A DNA stretch of 29,642 nt from a virus (lineage: Duplodnaviria > Caudoviricetes), in IMG/VR virus record IMGVR_UViG_3300023180_000282, positions 1-29,642 of that record, one strand, 5' to 3'. The translations under genes and the position numbers were made by a program. The notes beneath the pieces were generated by a model. That model was not told where the DNA came from. It saw only the letters and a list, made by a program, of their open reading frames with translations, and ran no database searches. Numbering within the stretch: position 1 is the stretch's first letter; every line of letters begins with the position of its first letter. Shown in pieces: positions 14,758 through 26,200 of the stretch.

Positions 14758-17700
14758 ATCATGATGGATCTGACACATTTATATCGGAATATTATTTTGA
14801 CAATGATGAATCTACACAATTGTCCGATAATTTTATAGGAACCTTTAAAGGAAGTATTAATTCTGGTGTTATTACATTAGATTATACTAACAGCACTGAG
14901 TCGGATGCAGTGTTAGTTAGAACTATAGCAGTTGGATTTGGCACAACATCTGTTGGTGTTGGGACATATAGATTCCTTTCTGGTTCACAACCAGAAGGAA
15001 CAGAAAATTCAGCAAGACTTCAGACTAATTTTGAAACAACTACAGGAATTTCTACCCCAATTAGTGTTTCTAAGACTGATGTAACAACAATTAAGTCTGT
15101 TGCACGAGTAAGTTATGGAAACACTACTGCACTCCACCAGTTACTTGTAACACATGATGATACATCCGCATACACAATGCAGTATCCATTCTTGTCTATT
15201 GGAAGTACAAGTGGAATTGGTACTTTTGGATCAGAGTTATCAGGATCAGATTTTATATTGAAATTCTATCCAGATCCTGAAATCTCTAGCGACCAATCAA
15301 TTGTTGTTCAAACATACAGTGAGATTATTCAATCAGAAAGTGATTTGAATAATGTTGCCGACATCTTGACATATGGTCCAGTAAATGAAGAACTAATTGT
15401 TTCTGCATATAATTCTAGAAATGGAGATAGAAGCAATAAAACAGCATTTGATTTAACACACGATACCATCCCAGTTTTTGCCAAAACATTCAATCCTGCA
15501 TCTTCATCCGTTCTTGATCAGGGAACAGGAATATTTACAATTGACGACCACTTCTTCAATACTGGAGAAAGATTGATCTATGATGCTGGCTCTACATTTA
15601 CTGGAGTTGCTGGGACTGTAATGAATATTGCAGGATCTTCCGTTGGATTGTCTACGGAAGTATATGCGATACGTGTAAATTCAAATCAATTCAAACTAGC
15701 AACCAGTGAAGCAAATGCAAATGCTGGCACTGCAGTAACGTTCACTGATGCTGGTGGTGGAAATGCACATACACTTGAAATGTATAAGAAACTTAGCAAG
15801 TCTCTTATTTCTATCAATGGTGTTGTACAAAGTCCAATTGCATTCACACCAATTAATTACGATTTAACTGACAATGGTGGAACGATATCGGTAGGATCTA
15901 CATTCTTCTCACTGACTGGTATTTCCTCCATTCTTCCTGGAGATATAATGAAAGTTAATGATGAATATGTCAAAGTCGAGGGTGTTGGTATTGGAACAAC
16001 TGCTGTAGGTCCAATTAGTGGTACTGGTAGTTTCAACCTGGTTAAAGTTGAAAGAGGATTTGTTGGATCTTCTGCAACAAGTCATAGTGATGGTGATAAT
16101 GCTAGGGTTTATGTTGGATCCTTTAATATTGTCAAGAATAAAATTCACTTTACCGAACCCCCAAGAGGAGATCTTGGACAATTAATTGGATTAGATAATC
16201 TAACTAAGGTAAAATCATCCTTTGGTGGAAGAGTTTATCTGAGACAAGATTATGCTACAAACCAAGTATTTGACAGTATTTCAAAATCATTTACTGGTAT
16301 AGGAAAAACCTATACAGTAACTGTTGGTGGTGCTAATACAACTGGGATTGAAACTGGAAGTGGAGTTCTGTTTATTAATGATATATTCCAAACCCCAATA
16401 ACATCAAATAACGTTGGAAATAACTACAACTTCGAAGAAGGTTCTGTTGGAGTTTCAAGTGTTGTATTCACTGGAATCACATCGTCGAATGGTCAGTTAG
16501 TACTTTCACCTGAGGATGTAAACAAAAATCAATTACCAAGAGGTGGAGTTATTGTTTCTCTTGGATCAACACCAGGTCTTGGATTTGCACCTTTAGTTGG
16601 CGCTGCAGTAACTGTAGTTGTATCGGGTGGAGTCATTCAATCTGTTGGTTTAGGATCTACAGATATTCACGGATCTGGATATAGAGGTTCTGTATCGATT
16701 GCTGTTACCGAATATGGAGCATCGCCTGGAAGTGGTGCTGATGTATCCGCAACAGTTGGTGTTGGTGGAACTTTGATCTTTACAGTTAATTCTGGTGGAT
16801 CTGGATATACAGACCCAATCATTAGTATTCCAGCACCATCATATGAGAATCTTCCAATTGTTGGAGTATCGCGTCGTGGAATAGGACCTACTACAGATAC
16901 TGGTGAGGGATTACTCTTAACAGTAGATGTTGGTGCAGTATCAACAACTGGTATTGGATCCACTTTATTTGAAGTATCATCCTTTAGGATTTCTAGACCT
17001 GGTTATGGATTCAAACCTGGAGATAAATTTAAACCAGTTGGACTAGTTACAGCAAAAGGTCTTGCTTCACCACTTGCAGATTTTGAACTTGAAGTTCTTG
17101 ATACTTTCTCAGATTCATTCTCTTCATGGACTTTTGGTGAACTCGATTTCATCGATCCAGTTACAACTTTACAAAATGGAGTTAGAACTAGATTCCCACT
17201 GTATTATCAGGGTGAACTTTTAAGTTTCGAAGTTGGGGATGGAGATCCAGACATAGATTTAAATGCTGTTCTCTTAATCTTCATAAACGGAGTTGTTCAG
17301 GAACCTGGATCACATTATAATTTCTCGGGTGGAACATCATTTGAGTTTAGTGAAGCACCAAGACCAGAAGATAAAGTTTCAATCTTCTTCTATAGAGGTA
17401 CACGTGGAACTGATAGTTTCTCAGTAGAAGTTATTGAGACTATCAAAGAAGGTGATGAGATTCAACTCATCAAACATGGTGGTGTAAATTCACAACAGCC
17501 AAGAACAGTTGTTGGTATTGTTACTTCGGATTTACTTGAAACTAATTTGTATACTGGTATTGGAATTAGTGAAAACACCGCAAGACCATTTAATTGGATC
17601 AAACAGAAAGTTGATAGATTTATAAACAACGATTATGTTTATAAGTCAAGACCATCCATTGAATCATTGGTTTATCCAACAGCAAGAATTATTGGAGATG

Positions 17701-18632
17701 TTACAGATGCATCAACTGAAATATTTGTAGATGATGCCCAATTCTTCAACTATGAAGAAAATGAATCTTCAATTGTCATTAGTAGTGTAGATGCACTAAT
17801 CATAAATCAAGGATCTAGTGATCCAGTTTCTGCAGCAATAACTGCTACCGTATCTGCTGCTGGAACCATTAGTGCTCTGACCATCAGTAATGGTGGATCT
17901 GGATATGTGGGTAGTGCAATTACAGTTTCTATCGCAGCACCAAAAATAATTGGAGTTGGCATTGGAACTACAGCTTCTGCAACAATTCCAGTATCTAATG
18001 GATCTTTAAGCGGAACTGCAAATATTACAAATCCTGGATTTGGATATACGCATACAAATGCTCCTAAAGTATTGGCACCAACAACAAATATTTCTTATGA
18101 AAATGTAACCTCAATTGATATTGTTCAGGGTGGAAGTGGAATTGTTACTGGAATTACTACAACAACAGGTAGTGGTGGAAATGGAACTCTGGGTCTTAAG
18201 TTCTTCTTGAATGCTTCATCTTCATCACAATATACCGACCTTAACAATGGATATCCAATTTTGATTGTAGATACAATAGTTGGTTCTGGTGTAACTTCAA
18301 TCAATAATGCTCAAGATGCCGCTATAGTTGGTGTTGGAACAACATTTGCAGATAATGTTTACATAGTTAGATCATTCTCATCTGCAGCGGCGAATGCTGA
18401 GTTTGTCGCTGACATTCTTTCAACAACAACCACATCAGAAATATCTGCAACAGGATTTGTTACTTGTGGTAGATTCTCTTGGGGTCGTCTTGCTGGAATT
18501 TCAAGATCTTCTTCACCAATATCAATTGGTGTAACTGGATTGACTTTCTCAGGACTTAGCACTTATCCAACAATTCAAAGAAGAACATTTGGTCATAGAG
18601 ACACAGGTGCTCTCAGAAACGATCTAGGATAA
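14709..18632 (+). CDS. C-terminal part of the same giant gp7-like structural protein (-1 frame)
   Basis: The frame is open from 14709 (NFNTTSKDRTIVELYLDHDGSDTFISEYYFD...), overlapping the upstream ORF. Its listed start is only a TTG at 14820 with no obvious SD. It uses the same repeat vocabulary as the upstream ORF. Confidence 0.75.
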   Translation, partial: NFNTTSKDRTIVELYLDHDGSDTFISEYYFDNDESTQLSDNFIGTFKGSINSGVITLDYTNSTESDAVLVRTIAVGFGTTSVGVGTYRFLSGSQPEGTENSARLQTNFETTTGISTPISVSKTDVTTIKSVARVSYGNTTALHQLLVTHDDTSAYTMQYPFLSIGSTSGIGTFGSELSGSDFILKFYPDPEISSDQSIVVQTYSEIIQSESDLNNVADILTYGPVNEELIVSAYNSRNGDRSNKTAFDLTHDTIPVFAKTFNPASSSVLDQGTGIFTIDDHFFNTGERLIYDAGSTFTGVAGTVMNIAGSSVGLSTEVYAIRVNSNQFKLATSEANANAGTAVTFTDAGGGNAHTLEMYKKLSKSLISINGVVQSPIAFTPINYDLTDNGGTISVGSTFFSLTGISSILPGDIMKVNDEYVKVEGVGIGTTAVGPISGTGSFNLVKVERGFVGSSATSHSDGDNARVYVGSFNIVKNKIHFTEPPRGDLGQLIGLDNLTKVKSSFGGRVYLRQDYATNQVFDSISKSFTGIGKTYTVTVGGANTTGIETGSGVLFINDIFQTPITSNNVGNNYNFEEGSVGVSSVVFTGITSSNGQLVLSPEDVNKNQLPRGGVIVSLGSTPGLGFAPLVGAAVTVVVSGGVIQSVGLGSTDIHGSGYRGSVSIAVTEYGASPGSGADVSATVGVGGTLIFTVNSGGSGYTDPIISIPAPSYENLPIVGVSRRGIGPTTDTGEGLLLTVDVGAVSTTGIGSTLFEVSSFRISRPGYGFKPGDKFKPVGLVTAKGLASPLADFELEVLDTFSDSFSSWTFGELDFIDPVTTLQNGVRTRFPLYYQGELLSFEVGDGDPDIDLNAVLLIFINGVVQEPGSHYNFSGGTSFEFSEAPRPEDKVSIFFYRGTRGTDSFSVEVIETIKEGDEIQLIKHGGVNSQQPRTVVGIVTSDLLETNLYTGIGISENTARPFNWIKQKVDRFINNDYVYKSRPSIESLVYPTARIIGDVTDASTEIFVDDAQFFNYEENESSIVISSVDALIINQGSSDPVSAAITATVSAAGTISALTISNGGSGYVGSAITVSIAAPKIIGVGIGTTASATIPVSNGSLSGTANITNPGFGYTHTNAPKVLAPTTNISYENVTSIDIVQGGSGIVTGITTTTGSGGNGTLGLKFFLNASSSSQYTDLNNGYPILIVDTIVGSGVTSINNAQDAAIVGVGTTFADNVYIVRSFSSAAANAEFVADILSTTTTSEISATGFVTCGRFSWGRLAGISRSSSPISIGVTGLTFSGLSTYPTIQRRTFGHRDTGALRNDLG

Positions 18633-18634
18633 GT

Positions 18635-18642
18635 TATAAATA
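18635..18642 (+). promoter_or_regulatory. T4 late promoter TATAAATA
   Basis: Exact consensus, upstream of gp8. Confidence 0.85.
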
Positions 18643-18660
18643 TAGAAAAAAGCTAGCACG

Positions 18661-20208
18661 ATGGCGGCAATTGTAACAGATCAGTTTAGAATATTAAATG
18701 CGGGAAATTTTGTAGATTCCGTCACCAATACTTCTAATTCATATTATGTTTTTGTAGGACTAGCAAACCCAACTGCCAGTGGATTTGGTAAGTCCTCTAC
18801 CTGGGACACTGATACACCAAGTCCAGTTGATAATTTTGATTATCAAAGTTTTGTTGGTGACAACATGTCCTTTGGTAAAAAAATAACATCTTCTAATGTT
18901 AGAAGAGTTGTTAGAAGGGTTGACTGGACAAGGGGAACTCGTTATGAAATGTATAGGCAGGACTATAGTGTTGATAACCTTTCACCAATTACAAAGTCAG
19001 CAAGACTTTATGACTCAAACTATTATGTAATGAATAGTGAGTATAAGGTTTATATTTGTATTGATAATGGATCATCTGGGATTTCCACAACTGGAAATGC
19101 ATCACTGGATGAACCAACTTTTACTGATTTGGAACCATCAAGTGCTGGTGTAAGTGGTGATGGATATGTTTGGAAATATTTGTTTACTGTAACTCCAAGT
19201 GATATTATAAAGTTTGATTCCACAGAGTATATTACTCTTCCAAACGATTGGTCTTCATCAACCAATGCTCAAATTGTAGCAGTTAGAGATAATGGAGATT
19301 CTACTGTAAATGAAAATCAAATAAAGAAAATATACATTGATAATAGAGGAGCTGGATATTCTCAGGGAACTCATGAGGTTGATATTCTTGGAGATGGTAC
19401 AGGTGGAAAAGCAGTTCTTGATGTTGATAGCAGTGGAAGAATAACCAGTGCATCTGTATCTTCTGGTGGAAAAAATTATAGTTTTGGAATCGTTGATCTC
19501 GGATCAATTAACTCCAATTCAACAACCAAAGCAAAGTTAATTCCAATTATACCCCCATCAAAGGGACATGGATTTGACATTTATAGAGAACTTGGTGCTG
19601 AGCGTGTTTTACTTTATGCAAGATTTGATGATTCTACAAAGGATTTCCCAATAGACACTACAATTTCTCAAATTGGTGTTGTAAAAAATCCAACATCTGT
19701 TGGTTCAACTTCAGTGTTTACTGAAAATCAGTTCTCATCATTGGGGGCAATTAAATTTTCATCAGTAACTGGCACCCTTTCCATTGGAGATGCAATTAAG
19801 CAGTCTGTTACTGGGGGAACTGCTAAAGGATATGTGTTCTCATATGATACCGAAACAAAGATTTTGAAGTATGTTCAAGATCGCTCATCATTCTTAAATC
19901 AGACTACTTTTGATCAAACTGACTATGTTGGAGTTTCAACTTCGGCAAAAGTTTATGAGTTTGCATCAAATGCAAATGCTATTACTAGCACTGGTGGATT
20001 TTCCGGTTCAATTGATACTGGATTTACTGGAGTTTCAACAAATCCAACTGGATCAAAAGTTATTTCACTCGGTGTCCAGTTTACAAATGGAGTTGCTACT
20101 CCTGAGATAAATAAAGGATCAGGGGACATTATCTACATTGATAATAGACCCGCTATTTCAAGAAATTCTAGACAAAAAGAAGACGTTAAAATTATCCTGG
20201 AATTCTAA
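18661..20208 (+). CDS. gp8: Baseplate wedge subunit gp8
   Basis: MAAIVTDQFRI, RRVDW, YKVYICIDN, DGYVWKYLF and SGDIIYIDNR...QKEDVKIILEF are typical of cyanophage gp8. Confidence 0.9.
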   Translation: MAAIVTDQFRILNAGNFVDSVTNTSNSYYVFVGLANPTASGFGKSSTWDTDTPSPVDNFDYQSFVGDNMSFGKKITSSNVRRVVRRVDWTRGTRYEMYRQDYSVDNLSPITKSARLYDSNYYVMNSEYKVYICIDNGSSGISTTGNASLDEPTFTDLEPSSAGVSGDGYVWKYLFTVTPSDIIKFDSTEYITLPNDWSSSTNAQIVAVRDNGDSTVNENQIKKIYIDNRGAGYSQGTHEVDILGDGTGGKAVLDVDSSGRITSASVSSGGKNYSFGIVDLGSINSNSTTKAKLIPIIPPSKGHGFDIYRELGAERVLLYARFDDSTKDFPIDTTISQIGVVKNPTSVGSTSVFTENQFSSLGAIKFSSVTGTLSIGDAIKQSVTGGTAKGYVFSYDTETKILKYVQDRSSFLNQTTFDQTDYVGVSTSAKVYEFASNANAITSTGGFSGSIDTGFTGVSTNPTGSKVISLGVQFTNGVATPEINKGSGDIIYIDNRPAISRNSRQKEDVKIILEF

Positions 20209-20211
20209 AAA

Positions 20212-23200
20212 ATGCCACAGAAAACGAACCTCAATATAAGCCCTTATTTTGACGATTTTGATAAGGACGATAATTTTTATAGGGTCTTATTTAAACCAGG
20301 ATTTCCTGTTCAAGCAAGAGAATTGACGACTTTGCAGTCAATGCTGCAAAATCAAATCGAGTCTTTCGGAAGTCATATATTCAAAGAGGGATCTATGGTG
20401 ATCCCTGGAAATATTAATTATGATGGTGAATATACTTGCATTAAAGTAAATTCAGATCATTTGGGAATAGATATTATTAATTATGCAGATAAACTTGTAG
20501 GTAAGAGACTCAGAGGTCAGTCTTCTGGTGTAGTTGCGTCTGTTGACAAATATGAAAATATCTCACCAACAGAAGGGATCACAGATTTTACACTGTTTGT
20601 AAGGTATCACCAAGCAGGAACTACTGAAGAAGTAGCAACTTTCTCTGATGGTGAGGTTTTAATTACTGAAGAAAGTTTTACATATGGCAATACCAATATC
20701 AATGCTGGAGATACTGTAGCTTCTGTAGTTTCAGAAAATTCTTCTGCAATAGGAAGTAACGTATCTATTGGTAATGGTGTATATTTTATCAGAGGAACCT
20801 TTGTAGATGTTAGCGAAGACAAGGTAATTCTTGATCCATATAGCAACACACCATCATATAGAGTTGGTCTTAGCATATCTGAAGAAATTATAACTGCTAA
20901 GGATGATTCTGCATTATACGATAATGCTAAAGGATTTTCAAACTATGCTGCTCCAGGTGCAGATAGATTAAAAATATCCACAACTCTTACTAAAAAATTA
21001 TTAACAGATTTTGACGACAAAAATTTTGTCGAGTTAATTAGGATTGAAAACGGAGAAATTAAGAAACTTCAAAATACTTCAGTATACAGTATAATTAGAG
21101 ACTATTTTGCTAAAAGAACCTATGAAGAATCTGGCGATTATTCCTTAGGAAATTTTGGTGTCCAAATAGCAGAATCTTTAAATGATAGATTATCCAATGA
21201 TGGCGTTTACTTTGATGGGCAGGTAACAGATCAACTCAATACCCCATCAGAAGATTTACTTGCTGTAAAAGTTTCACCAGGAAAAGCATACGTTAGAGGA
21301 TTTGATATTGAAACTGTATCAACCACAGTATTAGATGTAGAGAAACCAAGAGATACTAGAACAGTCACCAATGCATTAGTACCTTTTGAGTTCGGAACTC
21401 TATTCAAAGTTAATTTTGCGGCGGGTCTTCCTTTTATAGGGATTAATAATAATAGTAATACTGTAGAACTTCACAACAGAAGAAAAACAACACAATTTGC
21501 AACTGCTATACCTACAAATAGCACAAAAATTGGTGAAGCAAGAATATATGCATATAACTTAAGTGATGCACCATACTCAAATAATGCATCGGAATTTGAT
21601 TTGTATTTGTTTGATGTTCAAACATATACTGAAATTGTTGTTAATGAAGATCTCAACTCAACACAATGTCCAGCAACATCTTTTGTTGAAGGTGTAAGTA
21701 GCGGAGCATCTGGATTTGTTGTCACTGCAGCATCCAGCGCAACAATTATGCTGACTCAAACGTCAGGAACTTTTATTGCTGGTGAGCAGTTAAGAATCAA
21801 TGGAACTACTGAGGTTTCAAGATCAGTTAAAACTGTAAAAACATTCGGTATTCAAGATGTAAAATCAGTTTATCAAGATTCGACCGGAACTGTTAGTGGT
21901 GGAGAACTAAAAGTAGATTTCTCTGCAGACCTTGTTTTACAAAAGAAAACTGCAACTAATTTCAGCATAACTGATACTATTACAATTAGTACTGCAGGTA
22001 TTGCTACAGTTCCTGGAAAGAATTTTGTTGGAATTAAGAGTGATGCAATCATTAGATATCAAACTAGTGATCTTTCTGTAGAAACATTCAATAGGGTTCA
22101 GAGTGTTTCTTCTGATGGACTAGTATTGACATTGGAAGCTGCTACAGACGTTTCTAATGTATGTGATGGAAATTTACCATCATCAACACAAACAGTAAAC
22201 TTTAGCATTGGTGTTCCTGTTGTACAGGAAAAAGGTGGTTTGTATGCACATCTGGAAGAGGATAATATTTCTTCCGTTGGGTTGTCAGGATCAAATCTGA
22301 CAGTTGTAAAGCAGATAAGAGAAAAAAGTACAAACTCTTCTGGACAGTTAACTCTAACTCCAAGTGAAACTGGTATTACAAGTTCCAGATATGAAACTTT
22401 TGATGCTGACAGATATTCTATTGTCTATTCCGGATCCAATGGATATGAGCAACTGACTTCAGATCAATTTACATTGGCAACTGATGGAAGCGTTACAATT
22501 CAAGGATTGCTTGCATCACAAACAAGCGATGTTACTGTAAATACCACTCTTAAAAAGATTGGAATAAAGGAAAAGCAAAAAGAATATGTTAGAAGTGAAA
22601 AAGTTAATATAACAAATACATCCTCAGGAATTTCAACATCACTTGCTGGACTGTCAACAAGTCCATTTTATGGAACTAGAATTGAAGATAGAGAAATATG
22701 TTTGAATTTGCCAGATGTTGTTAAATTGATTGGTGTATTTGAATCCCTGAACACATCCGCACCAGTTTTAGATTCTTTAGAGTTCCCTTCAGGTCTTTCC
22801 TTGGATACAAATTCCATCTTAGGTGAGAAAATCTTAGGAAAAGATAGTGGAGCTTTAGCACAAGTTGTAACTAGATCTTCTGCTACAAAAGTTGAAATTG
22901 TAAGATTAAATGACGCAGAGTTTGCTGTTGGGGAGACAGTCACTTTCCAAGAGTCAAATATTCAGTCAGCTATTGCAACAATCAACAAAGGCAACTATCA
23001 AAATGTTACCTCACATTATAGATTAGACACAGCACAAAGAGAACAATATTATGACTACTCTAGGATAGTTAGAAAAAATGATGGATATATCCCATCGCGT
23101 CGCCTCTTAGTTGTTTTTGATTATTACCGTGTCCCATCAAATGATCTCGGTGATGTCTACACTGTAAATTCTTACGACCCTGAAAGATATAAGTACGATA

Positions 23201-26200
23201 TTCCAGTTTTACCAAGTGGAATTAGAGTATCTAATGTTCTCGATTTTAGACCAAGAGTAGCACAATTTACATCAACCACTTCTTCACCATTTGCTTTCTC
23301 TAGCAGAACTTTTGCAACAGCAGGAACTAATCCAACATTGGTTGTTGCACCTTTAGAAGGATCTGTTGTAGATTATTCGCATTACCTGCCAAGAATAGAT
23401 AAAGTTTCTCTTGATAAAGAAGGAAACTTTAGTGTAACAAAAGGCGTATCTGCAGTAAATCCAAAAGCACCGTCAAATGTTGATAGTGCAATGGAAATTG
23501 CAACAATTGAGTTACCAGCATATCTCTACAATGTAAAAGACGCAAAGATCACTATTACTGATAATAGAAGATATACAATGCGTGACATTGGAAAGATTGA
23601 AGATCGTGTAGAAACTTTAGAAACTCTCACATCTCTCTCATTACTTGAACTCGATACAAAATCACTCCAGGTTAGAGATGCTGATGGATTTGATAGATTT
23701 AAATCTGGGTTCTTTGTAGATGACTTTAAAGATGTTGGAAGATTAGATAAAAATGATTCTGAAGTCAATGTTGATAGTTCAAATAATGAACTCACAACAC
23801 CAATTGATTTCTACTCACTGAAACCACAAGTAGCTTTAGAACCATCAATTAATCTTGATACTGCAGACTTCACACAGAATCTGCAACTTCTTGACTCAAA
23901 TGTACAAAAAACTGGAGACTTAATTACTCTCAAGTATACCGAAAAAACTTGGATTGAACAACCTTTAGCATCAAGAGTTGAAAATGTCAATCCATTTAAT
24001 ATGATTGACTTTACTGGCAGAATTGAACTTTCACCTGCTTCCGATAACTGGGTAAGAAACGTCTTTATTGATGGTGGTGAAAGATCAATTGTTGGAGACT
24101 TTGATGGTTCATACATTGAAACTATCAAAATTTCTTCAACACCAGATACTCACATTAGATCTAGGAATGTTTCATTTACTGCTGGTGGATTAAGACCATT
24201 AGCAAGACACTATCAGTTCTTTGATAGTGCTAGTGGTATTGATATTGCACCAAAACTTATTGAAATTACAATGTCATCTGGCGTGTTCAGCGTTGGTGAA
24301 AATGTCCAAGGATTTATTAATGGTAATAGATCTAGTGGTGGAACAAGAATCTTCAGAGCAAGAGCGATTCAACCAAACCATAAAACTGGACCATACAATA
24401 ATCCCACAACAACAATTAGTCTCAATCCTTACGATAGATCTTTAACATTACCAACTACATATTCAGCATCTTCCACTGTCCTTAATGTTGATTCCGAATC
24501 TTTATCCGATGAAGTTCAGGGTAGATATTTTGGATATGTAACTAAAGGTATGGTTCTGGTTGGTGAAACCAGTGGCGCACAAGCGGTTGTAAGCGACGTT
24601 AGACTTGTCACTGATACTTTTGGTGATGTTGGTGGTTCATTCTTCTTCAGGGACCCTCTGGCGTCCCCTCCGCCACCATTACGCTTTGAAACTGGTACAA
24701 GAACCTTTAAGATCACTTCTAGCAGCACAAATGCTCAACCTCTCCCTGGAAGTCTCCTGATTAGTAGTGGCGAAACAACTTACACTACTAGTGGAATTGT
24801 TGATACATTTAGGCAAACGAGGGTGATTGTAAGAAGACCACCCCCACCACCACCAGCACCTCCACAGAACAGAGGCGGTGGAAAAGATCCACTGGCACAG
24901 TCATTCACTGTTGATGAAACTGGTGCGTTCTTAACCGCTGTTGATCTTTTCTTTGCAAACAAAGATGAGAATGAAAAGGTTACGATTGAAGTACGCACAG
25001 TTGAACTCGGTACTCCTACCGATCAATTGGTCGATGATTTCTCAAGAGTAACTCTGGAACCATCACAGGTCAATACTTCTTCAGATGGAACTGTTGCAAC
25101 TAAAGTTACTTTCCCATCTCCAATTTATCTTGAACCATCTAAAGAATATGCAATCGTAATTCTTGCACCAACCACAAACAACTATGAAGCGTGGATTGCT
25201 AGAATGGGTGAGAAGACGGTAAATACAACTACCTTACCGAATGCTGAAAGCGTAATTGTAACCAAACAGTATGTTGGTGGAAGTTTGTTCAAGTCGCAAA
25301 ACGGCACAATCTGGACAGCAAGCCAATTTGAAGATCTCAAGTTCAAACTTTATAAAGCAAACTTTGCAACATCCCAAGGAACTGCATATTTCTACAATAC
25401 ACCATTAACAACCATTGATGCTAACCTTCCAAAGTTAACCCTCGACCCAATCAAGACCTTACCTAGAAAGTTAAAAGTTGGAATTACCACAACTTCAACT
25501 ATGGATGCCATCTTACAAGTTGGTAGAAAGGTAAGCGATGGAACTGATACAAGACCATATGGGTACATTGAACAAGTTGGTGGAAGACTACAAACTACAG
25601 AAGTATCTAATGTTGGTGCTGGATACAGCAATGGTTCATTCTCAGATGTTCCACTTTATACTATCACTGGATCTGGAAGTGGTGCTAGAGGAACAGTAGT
25701 TGTCTCTGCAAACAAACTTTCATCAGTTTCAATTACGACAAAAGGTAATGGATACGTAATTGGTGATGTTGTTGGAGTTACAACTAGCAGCGTGGCTAAA
25801 GGAACTGATGGTCGTGTAACGGTCAAGACCTTAGATGGTAAAGACACATTGTATCTTACAAATGTTCAAGGTGAAGAATTTACTACCAATGATGATCTTG
25901 TTGTTTATAATGGATCAACTGCGGTTTCCTTTGCAAATACAGACATTTTAAGTTCATCTGTTGTCAATTCCCTTTATGAAGGAAATGTTATTGAGGTTAA
26001 TCAATATGGGCACGGTATGCACGCGACAAATAATATTGTCACCTTATCAGATATTGAGCCAAATACCGTTCCGTCCACATTGTCTGCGGAATTGACCATT
26101 GGATCTGCAAGTATTTCTGTTGCAAATACTTCGATCTTCGAAACATTCGAAGGTATAACCACTTCTAAAGGATTTGCAAAAATCAATAATGAAATTGTAT

